DNA of 64,000 bases from Eledone cirrhosa (GCA_964016885.1 OZ024745.1:89838001-89902000); one strand, 5' to 3'. Positions 42,429 to 56,607 are shown, counted from the stretch's first letter. Notes: generated by a model not told the origin, from the letters alone. Numbers and translations: made by a program.

Positions 42429-43895
42429 ATATTGTTATACTTGGGGAGAGTCATATTTGTGTAATAATATTGCCAGAATTAATAACAGAACACACTCACT
42501 GTGTGGTTGGTTTTCGCTTCTGTGTCTTTTATATCGGTTAATTTAATTTATTCGGTCCTCAATGTTACCATTGACTGACCAACGGTCAAAAATACAGATA
42601 CAATATAGACACAAACACATATATATAGTCTATCAAAGTTCTTTCGTTGCACATCTGCAACATCATCAGTGGTTCTATTATGTTTCCTCCCGTTGCATTG
42701 TATGCTTACGCCATCTTTATTTAGTCTGTTTATTTATTTATTTACTTGTTTATTTTTTGTCTTCTCTGCGCATGCGTTTGCGTGTGTATATAGTGTTTTG
42801 TTTGATGTGTGTTTTTGTTTGGGTGACTGTGTATTGGTTAACGTATTCTATCTTAGTTTACTAGTGTGTGTTTATATGTGTTTGTGTATGTATTTATTTA
42901 TTTATTTATTTATACTTCTCTTAGGTCAGTGTTGTTTGTTTGGGTGTTGTTGTTATTCCATTCTTTTTTTCTGTTTAGCCTTGGCCTTCTAAGTTCTATT
43001 TCGCTGGCCTCTCTGATTTGCCTATCTGCTGGGTCATTTCTATGTTTGGATATTATTCTAATTTCTATGTTGTCTATGTTACCGTTGTGTTATTGTCTAG
43101 CATGTACTTATAGTACTGAACCGTGTTTTCGTCCTTTTAGTTCCCCCCAGTGTTGGTCTATCGTTTCACCTATGCTACGAGCTGTCTCGCCTATGTATGT
43201 TGTTGTCATGTCTCTGCAAGTACCCTCTGTACATCTTATGCTATAGACTACGTTTCTAGTTTTACAGTTTATCCGGTTGTTTACTCTACATATAATACAT
43301 TTCCTATTAGTACAGTGGGGTTTTTAAAAGGGTAGGTTTTGCTGATCAGGGATTTTATGGTGGTTCGTGGCTTTTCTACCACCTTAATCTTTAAGTGGAT
43401 CTTTCTCAGGGCCTTTTTACACTGGTTAGCTAATTTCCCTCCAGGGGTAGCGTCCACAACATGACACTCTGGTATCTCTGGTTGTCGTACCATAAGGTGG
43501 CTTTCCCTATCTTATGTCTAGTCCTATCTAAGCTATCCATGATTTGCTCCTGTATAATGGGCAAAATCCTTTCATGTCCTGTTCTATGATGGTCTTATAC
43601 TTCTCCGTGGCTCCTTCGTATACTCTGATTCTGTCTCTTTGGTTGTAGTCAGAGAACTGCATGCGGTTGATGAAGTGTTGGATGTGTCTTTCCATTTCTG
43701 TTGGGTCGTACATGCGGGACACGTTCTTCATCACTCGTCCCAAGTCTGCGATCAGAATATTAAACTTAGCACTACTGGACATTGCTGAGTTTTTGAGTAT
43801 CAGGTATTTGGAGGCCATGGGTTTAGCATAGTGTGAGTGGAGAATTTGGGCTCTCTCGTCGACACACGATTTCATATCAAAAACCTCGCCAAACT
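42429..43895 (-). mobile_element. 5'-truncated Neptune-like Penelope element, family 2 (RT thumb, GIY-YIG remnant, pLTR with HHR at 42632-42673)
   Basis: QILHSHYAKPM..HFINRMQFS homologous to the 61285-63075 ORF; terminus CCAAGTATAACAATAT shared with family 1; inverted tail at 43860-43895. Confidence 0.88.
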
Positions 43896-43962
43896 ATATA
43901 TATATATATATATATATATACGATATATTAACAAATGGAAACTATATTTATAAAACCATATT

Positions 43963-44027
43963 TATTTCATTATACATATTTCAAGGACACCAAGTTAAAT
44001 TATGGTGTGCTTTCATCAGATAAAATA
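43963..44027 (-). ncRNA. Type I hammerhead ribozyme in Nematis-like pLTR
   Basis: TATTTTAT-CTGATGA-AAGCACACC/GGTGTCCTT-GAAA-TATGTA-TA-ATGAAATA. Confidence 0.8.
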
Positions 44028-46466
44028 TAATATAGAGCAGTTTTATAAATAAATATTGACATACCCTTAAAGAATGCAACCATTTCTGTTGGATGCTCCC
44101 GGATAGTGGGGTTATAAATTTATTTATACTATTATCCAAATTAGTGTCGGATATTTTAAAATCACAGTAGATTTAAATAAGCCGTTTGGTTATGGAGAAA
44201 GAGAAAGAGAAAAAAGAGAAAAAGAGCAAACTCTAAGAGGAAAATAAGAAAAATAAGAAAAGGAGGAAGAGAAGAAAAAAGAAAAGAGAAAAGAGAAAAG
44301 AGAAAGAGAAAGAGAAAGCTGTAAGTGATAGGTTGTTGTATTAGCTTAACTTTTGAGATGAAGTGAAAGAATAACTATTTAATGGATGAGTAAAGAAGAG
44401 TAAATAAGCGTGAATGGAAAATACATAAATAATAGGAGAATTTTAACCATTGTTTAAATATGATTAAATGTTTAATTTATCACTTAGATTATTGAGATCT
44501 ATACATTAAAAATTGAGATGTATATATTATTAAAAAATCTATATATTATTAAGACTATATATTATTAAAAAATCTATATATTATTAAAAGAATATATTCA
44601 TATATATATATACATACGCACACACAGATATATATACATATAAATATATATATATATACACCTACACATACATACATATACATACATACAATAAAGGACT
44701 TTTTTATTTAAGATATAGGAATTTTCATAAACTTATAGATTTTTCGGAGAAAATCGTAGAAAAAACGGAGAAAATCATTTCTATGTAATAGCGAAACAGC
44801 GTGAAGTAAATTAAGTTATTTACTTATATTAAATGTTACAAATGTTAAGATAGTAAAGGAAATTTTAGGTTATACAAACCTTATGTTATTATACAAGCCT
44901 TATATTATTTAATAAATTTTTTATAAGTTTTATATCTAATAAATCCACCTGTTATGTAGTTGTGACTGTTATTATATAAGTTTGTTTATCACGAACCTTA
45001 AGAAAATACTTATAAACGAGTGCATTCGAATTGTATGCATATATATATACACACAATCCCCGCATAGATACACATAGACGTACTTACACATACAGGTAGA
45101 TATGCATCACATATATATATATATACATACATACACACACATATATACATATATATATATACACACACATATTTATAGAGAGAGAGATATAAAAATACAG
45201 TACATAGTATAATTGAAGTACATAATATATACAATATATAATGTAAAATAAAATAAAATAAAATAAAATAAAATAAAATAAAAAATAAAAAATAAAATGA
45301 ATTATATTACGATTTGGAAATATAATTATAAGCAATATAACTTTAAATCAATATAATTTTTTAAAAATATTATAGAATATTTAAAGATATGATTTTAAAA
45401 TACAATAGGTTTAAGAGATTCAGTATAAAAATTTAAATTTTTCATATAATATTTAGTTCTCAGTATGTTTAACTTAATTTTATAGCCATAAGAAAAAGAA
45501 AGAGAAACTTTCAAAAATAGGAGAAACTTTCAAATAAAGTATTTTCCCCTTTTAAGAGCTTTCAGTATGTTTCTCTATAAGAATTTTTTTTTTTTATTTA
45601 GGAAAACACTTTTTTTAACTTGAGAGTTTAAGCAGTCAAATGAAGGAATCTAATGATTTATCGATCGATATGTTCAATATATTAATAGAATTAATTAATT
45701 ATATATTACATTTTAAATTTATATTTAAATGTTGAGTTCAATCTATGTCTGCAGCAACTGAAAAAATTGCTCTTTAGGTTCAGGGAATTTTTGGTCTTTA
45801 ATATAAAGAATATTTCCTCTATACAAAGATCACAATTTTCTGAAGAGGAGTTAAAAGGAGTAGCTCTTGAAATAATATTCCAAAGCAACAAATATTTAAC
45901 GTTCTTTAATTTGAGGTCCCATAATAAGCTAGATAGAGAAGTTGAAGATTTTTTGTTTAAATGTGTAAAAGAGTTTTTATGGTTATTGAAACGAGATTTA
46001 AAATCTGTGGAAGTAGATCCTACACAATTAAATGAATTTAAATTAGATTTTACATTACAATTATATACTATATTTTTAGCTAAGTTATTCAACGGACAGT
46101 TAGATTTATTTCTACAGTTACATTTATCAAATTGGATATTGCTGGGATTATTAGTGGTATTTTGGTTAGGTTTTAAATTTCTATTATTAATTCTATTAAT
46201 ATTCTGCGCTAAATTTTTGGTGGATGAATAAGTTAATTTTATAGTATCTCTATTAAAAATTGAGTAATATCTATGTGTTCTAGGGAAGCATTTGTCAAGA
46301 GCTTTAAAGAATAGTTTAGCAATAGGAGTTTTAATATTTAATGAGAAAGGAGGAGCGAACAATAATATATTCCTAGTTCTATTTCTTTCTTTGTTTTCCG
46401 AATTATTGTAAGGTTTTCTATTATAGTTGTTAAAATTTAACTTGGTGTCCTTGAAATATGTATAAT

Positions 46467-46540
46467 TGTTTCTACTATTGGCACAAGGCCAGAAAATTAC
46501 CCAGTACATTACTGGTACTTTATTTTATCGACCCCGTAAG
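46467..46540 (-). mobile_element. 5'-truncated SINE with 14-bp TSD
   Basis: GAAATATGTATAAT at 46453-46466 and 46541-46554. Confidence 0.8.
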
Positions 46541-46899
46541 GAAATATGTATAATGAAATAAATATGGTTTTATAAATATAGATTCCATTATATCGTATTT
46601 TTACTCCAATAATTTGTTGAGTGCTTTATATCAGTTATAAAAATATTTGCTTGTTGTATCCCAACAATTTAAATAGAACTTCTACATATATATATATATA
46701 TATATACTTATTTATATATTCTACGTACATATATCCATGTGCTGTGTATGTATGCACTGTTCTTTTATCTATTTCTTTGTATATTCAGAAGTTATAAAAG
46801 TTTTTTGTTTAGGCCCTTGTCGAGATTTTTCTTGCTTTCATTTCATCTTTCATCTTTCAATTATTGTTATTTCTTATATCTCGAGCCGTGTTTCTGTTT

Positions 46900-47170
46900 C
46901 ATCTTTTCACTTTGTAAGTTGTAACACTTCTTTTCGCCAGTCAACATCAAGCAGTGACTTCTTGTGTATCATCTTTTTATACTTTACAAGGCTTTTTTTC
47001 CGCCAGTCTACATCAAATAGTGACTTCTTGTGTCATCCTTTCGCTTTATAGGACTTCTTTTCGCCAGTCTACATCAAATACTATCTTCTTGTGTGTCATC
47101 TTTTCGCTTTGTAAGACTTCTTTTCGCCAGTCTACATCAAGCAGTCACTTCTTGTTATAAGTGTCATCAT
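46900..47170. repeat. ~63-bp minisatellite, about 4 copies
   Basis: CGCCAGTC recurs at 46935, 47001, 47062 and 47125. Confidence 0.8.
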
Positions 47171-48424
47171 TCTGCAGTTCCAAGTTCTACACTTTTATTG
47201 TACCTGAGAATTTCTCCGTCTGTTAAATCTCCAATCAACGATTTCCTATTTGAGAAGTCGTCTCTCTGAAGTTTCTCAATGTTACGTTCTTCTCTTTCAA
47301 TCTCATTTTTTTCACTGACTCAGTCACATAAATTATTATTACTTTTCTTCCTCTCTCTCCGTCAATCTTCCTCTTTCTTATCTATCTACCTACTTAATCT
47401 ACTCCTTTCAGCACAGTTAAGTATTTTCCCTACAGGATGCTTATAATCTAGAAAGAAGTGTTATTAAATGAGCCCTGTATTTCATCTGACCAAGCCGTTC
47501 TTTCGTCAAACCCGTTCCATGTGTAACAATTTTATTTTTCAATTTAGTACTACATTGCCAAAGGTGTTGTGTGGAAGGATATCTGTCAGACTTGGTAGAG
47601 GCTCCCTCATAGACACGGCACAGTCACATTTTTATATTGTGGGTGAAGACATGGTTGACTGATGAAACAGCTTGTTTTCAAATCATAAGACCACATAGGA
47701 TCTTCTACCAAATTTTGTGCTAACCGAAGGACTGTGAGAGGAAATTGGAAGACTAAATCTATGTGGAAGCTTGTTTTTCAATCATAGGACCACAATCTTA
47801 TGCTAACCCAAGACTTGTGAGAGTGCATTGGTAGACGAAACTGTGTGTTAACCTGTCAGATCGAATGAAACTCTAGGTTAGAGGGTTTAATCTTAACACA
47901 CAATGTATCCCACTGATTCTGCTAGGAAATTGTGTTAAATGTACTATAAGACGATGATTAAGCAGTTCGTTGATCTCACAGCTGAAAGAAATTCTTATTG
48001 TCGAAACTTACGCCTGATCTATCCTCGTCATCATTATCATTATACTGTTGGCCTATGTGAGGAAATATCACGCTATTAATTTCAACAAGCTGTGCCTTGC
48101 TGCAGGCTTGAATTAAATGTTCAACTGTTAACTTCCCTTGCTTTCTTGCACATGAATTCCAGTTTAATTAATTTAAAAGTTAAAAGAGAGCAAAGTCTTA
48201 CTCTTCGTTTCTTAGTCTTCATTATATCATTCCGTGGTTTTCTGACGGAATTTACTATTTAAATGAATATCGTTTCTTTATTTTAATCTTGTTCTTTTCA
48301 ACTTAGAGATATGCATACATGATGGCTGCCTCCTCGTTATCGAGTATGGCCATTGCACGAGAAGAAAAAAAATTAATAAATAAATAAAAAATAAACAAAA
48401 ATAAAAAAAAGAAATATATATATA

Positions 48425-49771
48425 TAACACCTCCACTCCACCCCTCATCCGACCACCCTTCCTCAACTAACATACTAACATCCCTCCCTTCTTCTCCTCC
48501 TCCCCCTCCTTATCACACGCACCCACTTACACCACCCACCCCACACGCAACTAACATCACTAACACACCCCAACCCCACGCACACGTACCCACACACCCT
48601 CGTACACCACCAACTCTACACACCCTACCACCACTAACCCCCACTCACACCTGCATTCAACCCTTCCCCACCTCCCGTATACTAACACCCACTAACACCC
48701 CTTCATCAAACTACACACACACCAGTACACCACACTCCCTCCATAGAACTACACACACCCTTCTCTCCCCGCTCCACCCACACCCTCGCTCCACACTCAC
48801 TCATCACTAACACCTCTACTAATACACACACACACACACCCTCCTCACTCCAACTTTCACACCTACCCATCCTCGCCCCTTACCATTCCACCGACTGCTG
48901 CTATGCCCTCTGACCACCTCCCAGCACAAACAGACACACAGCACTCCCACTGCTTGATCACTTCCTGTTGCGCGCGCACCCCACATCTCTCCTCTTCCGA
49001 CCATCTCTTCATGGAATACTCGTATGTGGAACTTGACCACCACAGAATCCACTAAACATCATAGGATTTTACCAACTTTTCAACCATCCTCTTATGGAAT
49101 CACCTATATAACTCACCCACACACACACCCCCAAACATTTTTTTATCCACACGCCACCTACACCCACAACACGCTTAAACCCCACACATACGTGCTTTCC
49201 ACCACATATTTACACCCTCAGCCTCCTGATTCCTCTCCCCCCACCCCTCTATCCACACACGCACAGACACTCCGACCTACACCCCCCCCCCCACACACAC
49301 ACACCTCTTCCTGAACATGCAACCCCGTTCTTCCCCCAACCCTTACTTTCACATACACACACACACACACGTACACCTACACACACACACCACCTTCAGC
49401 TCTCCCCACTCCACCCGCCACCACCCCTACATACCCCACACCCTTCCACCACCTGTTTTACCCCCCCTTTTAATTTCAGTTTATTTTGATCATGCTTTTA
49501 TATTTAATTTTATTTCATTCCTTGTATTTTGATCATGCTTTATTTTTATTTTTATTTTTATTTTTTATTTCATTCGCACCGTTTCCTTTCGCTATATGTC
49601 TCTCCACCACTCCCCTACACACCCTTTGAACTCTGTTCCCACACACTTCTCACCTGAGGAAGGGCTTATGCCCGAAACGTCGTTCCCCACCACCACCCCA
49701 CTCTCCAGAGCGTGAAATTAATAAACATTCGTTGTACTGCCTCTTTGTTTTGTTCCTGTTCAAATTTTTCC

Positions 49772-49775
<4 letters not shown>
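48425..49775 (+). mobile_element. C/A-rich low-complexity insert ending in HHR and AATAAA (probable PLE 3' remnant)
   Basis: (TA)n flanks, HHR at 49652, AATAAA near 49720. Confidence 0.55.
49652..49683 (+). ncRNA. Minimal type I hammerhead, GUC triplet
   Basis: AC-CTGAGGA-A-GGGC/GCCC-GAAA-CG-TC-GT; stem I only 2 bp. Confidence 0.65.
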
Positions 49776-49821
<46 letters not shown>

Positions 49822-52800
49822 TATATACATACACACATACATACACATATACACACACACACATATACACACGCACATACATTAATAACAATAATAATAA
49901 TAATAATAACAACAATAATAATAACGACAATAACAATAATAATATACATATACATATATATATACACATACACGCACACACATAAGCATATCTATACACA
50001 CACACATGATAGCAACTAACAGCGCTGCGATCGAATGTGGCTTTTTAGCACAGCCAATGATCTAAAATGTCTTGCACAGAGTCGGCAACCAAAACATTCA
50101 CTGGGAAGAGTCGGCTGTGGTTGGAGTTCGTGTACTTTTGCATGTCGCTTGAGCTTTCCTGCTGATTTACATTCTCTACCACATGTTTGGCAAGCATGAT
50201 GAGTAGCATCTCCAACAGCAGCCTGGTAGTCAACCACTCCAACGGAGTCGTTGCTTAAGCATAAGAGCTTCTATACTCTCACACATAGAGCTTTCCAAAA
50301 TCTCGACATCACTGATGTGGTCCCTCCAGTGAACGCCATGGATCCGTCTGAGATACATCTGATGGAAACGCTCCAACTGCTTAAGGTGGTGTCGATATGT
50401 GACCCAGGTCTCGCAGGCATAAAGAAGACAAGTGGGCACACATACCCTGTACACCTTTACCTTTGTCCTCCTGCATATGTCTCGCCGACCCAGAGTCGCC
50501 TTTCTAGCTTTCCGAAAGCATCACTTGCTTTCCTAATCCTAAGTGAGATTTCACTGTCAAGGTTGCTGTATCGATTGACAGTGCTTCCCAGCTAGACAAA
50601 CTGATCAACCACTCCAAGTCGTTTGCCATACACATAGATGTTTGGTTCAGTGTACTGCTTACCAGGGGCAGGTTGGTACATGACGACGGTTTTCTTGAGA
50701 CTGACAGTCAATCCTAGGGCAGTGCAAACGTCAGAAAATGCATTCAAAATGTGCTGTATATGACTCTCTGTGTGCGCTACAAGATCGCAATCATCTGCAT
50801 ACAAGAGGTCTCTTATGATTGATGTAAATACTTTTATCTTCACAGCAAAGCGCCTGATGTTAAATATGCTGCCTGAGGTTCGATATCGGATGTAAACACC
50901 ATGCTCGCAATTCCTGAATGCAATACAGAAAACCATTGCAAAGTATATGGCAAACAGGGTCGGTGCTGGAATATCCCCCTGTTTCACTCCATTTTTTACT
51001 GAGATAGGCTCCGACATGTTACCTCCGACATTAACCCAAGCCTTCATGTCGTCATGGAAAGACCTAACTAAAGCAAGGAACTTATCATGGCAACCAAGTT
51101 TCTGGAGAACCTTCCATAATGCATCTCTGTTAACAGTATCGAAAGCTTTTGTCAGATCGACAAAAACCTGATACAGATCCAAGCCTTGTTCCATGCACTT
51201 CTCCTGGAGCTGTCTAGCTGAGAAGATCATATCAGTAGTGCCGCGTCCAACACGAAAACCAGATTGACTTTCAGGAAGAACACAATCTGCAATGTGTGTC
51301 AGCAGACGGTCCAGAAGCACCCTACATAAAACTTTCCCTACGACAGAAAGCAATGATATACCTCTGTAGTTCCTACAATCATTCCTGTTACCCTTTCCCT
51401 TGTACAAGACCACCATTACTGCATCTCTCCAGTCCTCAGGTACGGATTCATTAGCCCATATCCTGCCAAACAAAGAGTGAAGATGTTGCAGGAGTCTCTC
51501 ACCACCATAATATAGGAGCTCAGCATGTATGCCATCCATACCTGGAGATCTTCCACTGTTCAGCTTCGAAATAGCCACTGAAACCCCCACAACCGTTGGA
51601 GGTTCTGCGAGAGCTACTTTTACAGGATTTTCTGGAATGAGATTGAGGAAATCTTCACTGACGACAGACGGCTGATTCAAAAGATCATCAAAGTGCTCTC
51701 ACCACCTTCGTAGAATTCCTTGTGAGTCACGAAGAAGTTCTTTGCCATCCTTACTGCGAAGCGGTGTCACCAGAGAAGAAGAGGGTCCATAAACCTCACG
51801 CAAGAGACTGTACAACAGGTTTGTGTTATTGGAATCTGACGCAGTTTGTATCTCACCAGCCTTCTCACTCCACCACTGATCCTTCATCTGAGAAAGACTC
51901 GGCCTAACACGTAATTTTACATCCCTGAGTTCCTCATGCAACGTATTCCTCTCCTGTGGTTTTGCCGTCAAGTAGCGTGACAGAGCACGCCTCTTATCAG
52001 CCAACAAGTCTTCTGTATGTACATCATTCTCATTAAACCAGTCCTGATGTTTTCTCTGCACCAATCCCAGAACACGCCTGCCTACATCATAAACCGACTT
52101 TTTAAGGGTCGGCCAATCCTCACCAAGATCTGCAGCCTGCATCTCTTCTTCCAATGTCCTCTTCACATTTTTATCCTTAAGACGAGCAGCATTCAATCTT
52201 TTGGGTAGGGCAACACCAGGAGCCCGGATTTTACGTTTAGTGATTAGTTTCACTTTTGCGCGTACCAGGCGGTGGTCCGTCCAGCACTCAGCTCCACGAA
52301 GAGCACGAACACACTGCACATTCTGTCTGTCACGCATCCTGACTAGGACGTAGTACAAAAGATGCCTTTCCTTAGATGCAGGATGCATCCATGTGGTCTT
52401 GAATTTGTTCTTTTGTTGGAACATGGTGTTGGTAACACACAGATCCAGCTCCTCACACATCTGCAGCAGGAGCATACCATTGTTGTTACACTTTCCCACC
52501 CCATGCCTTCCGATTACATTCCATGTGTTAAAATCCCTACCCACTCTAGCATTAAAGTCACCAAGCACGATGACTTTGTCTGCCTGAGGGATATTTCTTG
52601 AAACACCTTTCAAGGCATGGTAAAAGGACACATTTTCTTCATCGACAGAATTCATAGTTGGAGCATACACACTCACCAGGGTCGCATATCCTCCCTTGTC
52701 CAGCGGAACTCTCATGGACATAAGACGCTCACTAATCCCTACTGGGAATTCTTCTAATTTATTCACAAGTACAGTCTTAACAGCAAACATACCCCAGCCT

Positions 52801-53784
52801 CTCTTCTGGTTCCTTCATCTCTTCCTTTCCAGAAGAATGTATATTCTCCACAAAATTCTGTAAGATGACCATCTCCAGCTAACCTCGTCTCAGATAAAGC
52901 CACGATGTCAAGATCGTAACGTCGAAGCTCCTTTGCAACAAGAGCGGTCCTTCGTTCAGGACGCTCCAAGGAATCCCTGTCAAGCAGCGTCCGTACGTTC
53001 CAGCAGCCAAGACTAAATGCCTTCTTTGGCTCTATTACAATGGCACGATGACGAGCGGGCCCAGGCTGTGATAACCTGGGGCCCCTGCCCTTATTGCCAA
53101 TTATCTTTTTTGTTCCAGAACCTAAATTGCCAATTATCTCTTTTATATTGTTCTGGAACATCATTGAATTGGAAAAGAAAAAAAAAAAAAGTAATAATAA
53201 TAGTAATAATAATAATAATAATAATAGTACACTATTAATAATTATTAATGCACTCGTGCAATGCCTGTGCGTGACGAATATTTTTAAAGTGAGGAAAGAC
53301 TGTGCACTGCGCCAATCCCACTCTCTGAGCGACAGTAGCTATAACCCGAAAAGAAGAAAAGATCAACATCATCGGTAACTACTGAGCCGCAGGTTTTATG
53401 TCGGAGTTAACCCAGTTTCCTGAGATGCCTTCTCCTAGAAGAATGCCCTGACAAGGGCTAGGGGTTCTTCACTCCCAGTGGTTTAACTGCGCGATCGGGC
53501 ATCCAGCCCGATTATTTCTATGTCCCCGCGCAAAAAAAAAACAAAAAAAAACTCACTTATTGACACTTATACGTACGACATACACACACGCGCATACATA
53601 TGCGCGCACACAGCAACACTCATACATACAAACAAACACACACGCTACTAACACTCACACATATATATATATATATATATATTACTGTCATTACTGATAC
53701 AAGATTACAAGATTATGTCAACTGTTGACTTTCAAGAGTTTGTATAGTTGAAGCCGTTCGTATTACAGTCCAGTATTATTATAA

Positions 53785-53940
53785 TTGCTTTACAGCATAG
53801 AGTTATGGCTCTCTACGCTCTGAGCTTAAATCCCGCCGAGGTCAACCTTGCCTTTCATCCCCACGGAGTCAACAAAAGAGAGTACCAGTGATGCGCTGGG
53901 CCTGTCGCTGGATCCGTGCCAAAAGCAGAAAAATTATGAT
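53785..53940 (+). mobile_element. Diverged SINE copy
   Basis: CTGAGCTTAAATCCCGCCGAGGTCAACCTTGCCTTTCATCC. Confidence 0.75.
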
Positions 53941-54836
53941 TAAAGTTATTTTCGTAAGGCCCAGTCGCTGGCGGTGGTGGCGGTGGGGCTGGAGGTGGCA
54001 GTTGATGTTGTTGTGTTGTGTGCGTGTGTGTGCTTTGTTATTTTGAGGGGGTTTTTTTGTTGTTTTTTTTTAATCTTTTGATGCCGCTGTTGTTGTTGTT
54101 GTAAATGTTCATTTCAGTTCATTCTGAAGCTGTTGTTGCTGTAAACACTAGTGCCGGTGTTGTTGTAGATTTTGGGGTTGAAATCTGGTCGTTTGACTGA
54201 GTAATGTATATACACACATATACATATATATACACATTCAACAGAGAGTAGAGAGTTTGACAACAGGTCGATGACTTTAGTCTAGATAGGGTAATGACAT
54301 GCGATGGTGGGGAGAGAGTGTAGACGTTATTGTGGTGGTGGGGGACAGTGAGATGTATCTATTTCAAATGTCCGTTTTCTTCTCTTTGCAAAATTTGAAT
54401 TTTAGCCATGTTATATTGAGATGTAAGTAAATGTAAAATGTAAAATATAAATAAGGATTGCTCTGCTAAAATATACTAAGATATTTGTGTAACTTCCACA
54501 AACTTCTGTCGTGACATTCCCGAGTCCAGTGACCAACAAATTGTTGTATTTTGATGTTTCAGAATACAAAAATTAATTAAAAACTTAACCCACGAGAAGA
54601 CAGCGTGTGCTGTCCTATCTATAAGCTCCCTCATCATATCATATATACATACATACATACATACATACATACATACATACATACATACATACATACATAC
54701 ATACATACATACATACATGCATACGTGTGTACGTATATACAAACGTACGTACATACATGCATCCATACATACATACTAATATATATACATACATACTTCA
54801 GTACGTACGTACATACATATATGCACACATACATGC

Positions 54837-54879
<43 letters not shown>

Positions 54880-54895
54880 CACATATATATATGCT

Positions 54896-54927
<32 letters not shown>

Positions 54928-54941
54928 CATATATATATATG

Positions 54942-54973
<32 letters not shown>

Positions 54974-55013
54974 CATATATATACATATATACACACATAT
55001 ATATGTATATATA

Positions 55014-55292
55014 CATTATCCAGGAAGCTCCAACCGTTAAGGTTGTCTTTTTTCTGGGTATGTCAATATTTATTTATAAAACAAATCTGTATTTTATCTG
55101 ATGAAAGCGCACGTTAATTTGCCTTGGTTGCCCTTGAAATATATATAAGAAAATAAATATGATTTTATAAATATAGTTTCCAGTTATTAATATATTGTGT
55201 ATTTACTCCACTAATGTGTTGAGTGCTTTATATCAGTTATAAAAATGTTTAAGCTTGTTGAATCCCAACAAATTAAATATAGCCTCTGCATA

Positions 55293-55349
<57 letters not shown>

Positions 55350-55351
55350 GC

Positions 55352-55382
<31 letters not shown>

Positions 55383-55712
55383 CTCGTATATATATACATA
55401 TATATACATATATACACACATATATATGTATATATACATTATCCAGGAAGCTCCAACCGTTAAGGTTGTCTTTTTTCCGGGTATGTCAATATTTATTTAT
55501 AAAACAAATCTGTATTTTATCTGATGAAAGCGCACGTTAATTTGCCTTGGTTGCCCTTGAAATATATATAAGAAAATAAATATTGTTTTATAAATATAGT
55601 TTCCATTTATTATTATATTGTGTATTTACTCCACTAAGCTGTTGAGTGCTTTATATCAGTTATAAAAAGGTTTAAGCTTGTTGAATCCCAACAAATTAAA
55701 TATAACCTCTGC
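55014..55712 (+). mobile_element. Tandem 423-nt HHR units (HHRs at 55090-55155 and 55513-55578); retrozyme-like or pLTR tandem of the Nematis-like family
   Basis: Two near-identical units; TATTTTAT-CTGATGA...GAAA-TATATA-TA-AGAAAATA; homologous to 43920-44030 and 46541-46687. Confidence 0.82.
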
Positions 55713-55831
55713 ATATGTGTATATATATATTCAATACACGGTTACCACGTTTGACTAGCGGCGCACGAGGTGATAAATTTCATCTTTCTGTGTGAACGTT
55801 GGTACATTGTGTTTGTTGCATTTAATCAGAT

Positions 55832-55912
55832 TCTCTCGCTGATGATGCCTAAGGATTATCTGTTACAAACACACTCAGGGCGAAACAGATTAGGGATAAT
55901 CTGTGCGAGAGA
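55832..55912 (+). ncRNA. Type I hammerhead fold with GUG at the cleavage triplet
   Basis: TCTCTCG/CGAGAGA, CTGATGA, GCC/GGC, GAAA, CAGATTA/TAATCTG, TG. Confidence 0.8.
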
Positions 55913-56281
55913 TAAAATGGTTATTGAGGCGGTTTGTATAATAATATATTTTTTATTTTATCATTATGTCTGTTTCTTGGTTAAATATTTCAAACAAATG
56001 TGGTTTTTCAACCCTTGTAATATTAGACACACGGTTTACTGTGTTTCTTACTGCATATATATTATATATATATATATATTACTATTTGTCTGACCCGAAT
56101 TTTCTTGGTCGTTTTTTCGGCTGTGCGAATGATTTTAAGCATTATCTCAATGTGTTGGTATTTAAACGTTAGTTATAGCTCTGGTTTATCCAACTATTGA
56201 GCACTTTACCACACTTTTCGAAGATTGTGTTTCCTTATTTCGTGGGCCGAGATTCCGATTCTCGATAATTTATTTGTATAC

Positions 56282-56323
<42 letters not shown>

Positions 56324-56400
56324 ATATATATATATATATGTGTGTGTAACTAAAGAAAGAAGAGTAACATGGATTACCTACAACGATAACTTATTATCCC

Positions 56401-56561
<161 letters not shown>

Positions 56562-56607
56562 TATATACATATATATGTGTATATATAAATATATATATAT
56601 ATATATA

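Larger units (their letters stand above)
43918..46687 (-). mobile_element. 5'-truncated Penelope-like element, Nematis-like (thumb, CNCR..CPL, GIY-YIG, CDLC..E, CRH), with long AT-rich 3' region and inverted pLTR piece at 46434-46687
   Basis: ORF 45706-46430 (RNILLFAPPFS, IFNRDTIKLTYS, NIVY..VGST..FKSRFNNH); clade named from remembered motifs, not from a search. Confidence 0.8.
48318..53530 (-). mobile_element. Near full-length RTE LINE, family B, with 3'UTR split by a ~1.4-kb insert
   Basis: ORFs 53164-52763, 52790-51699 (APE), 51680-50592 (RT: QSGFR, DLTKAFD, LLYADD), 50454-50016; 3' stem-loop at 48318-48362. Confidence 0.93.
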
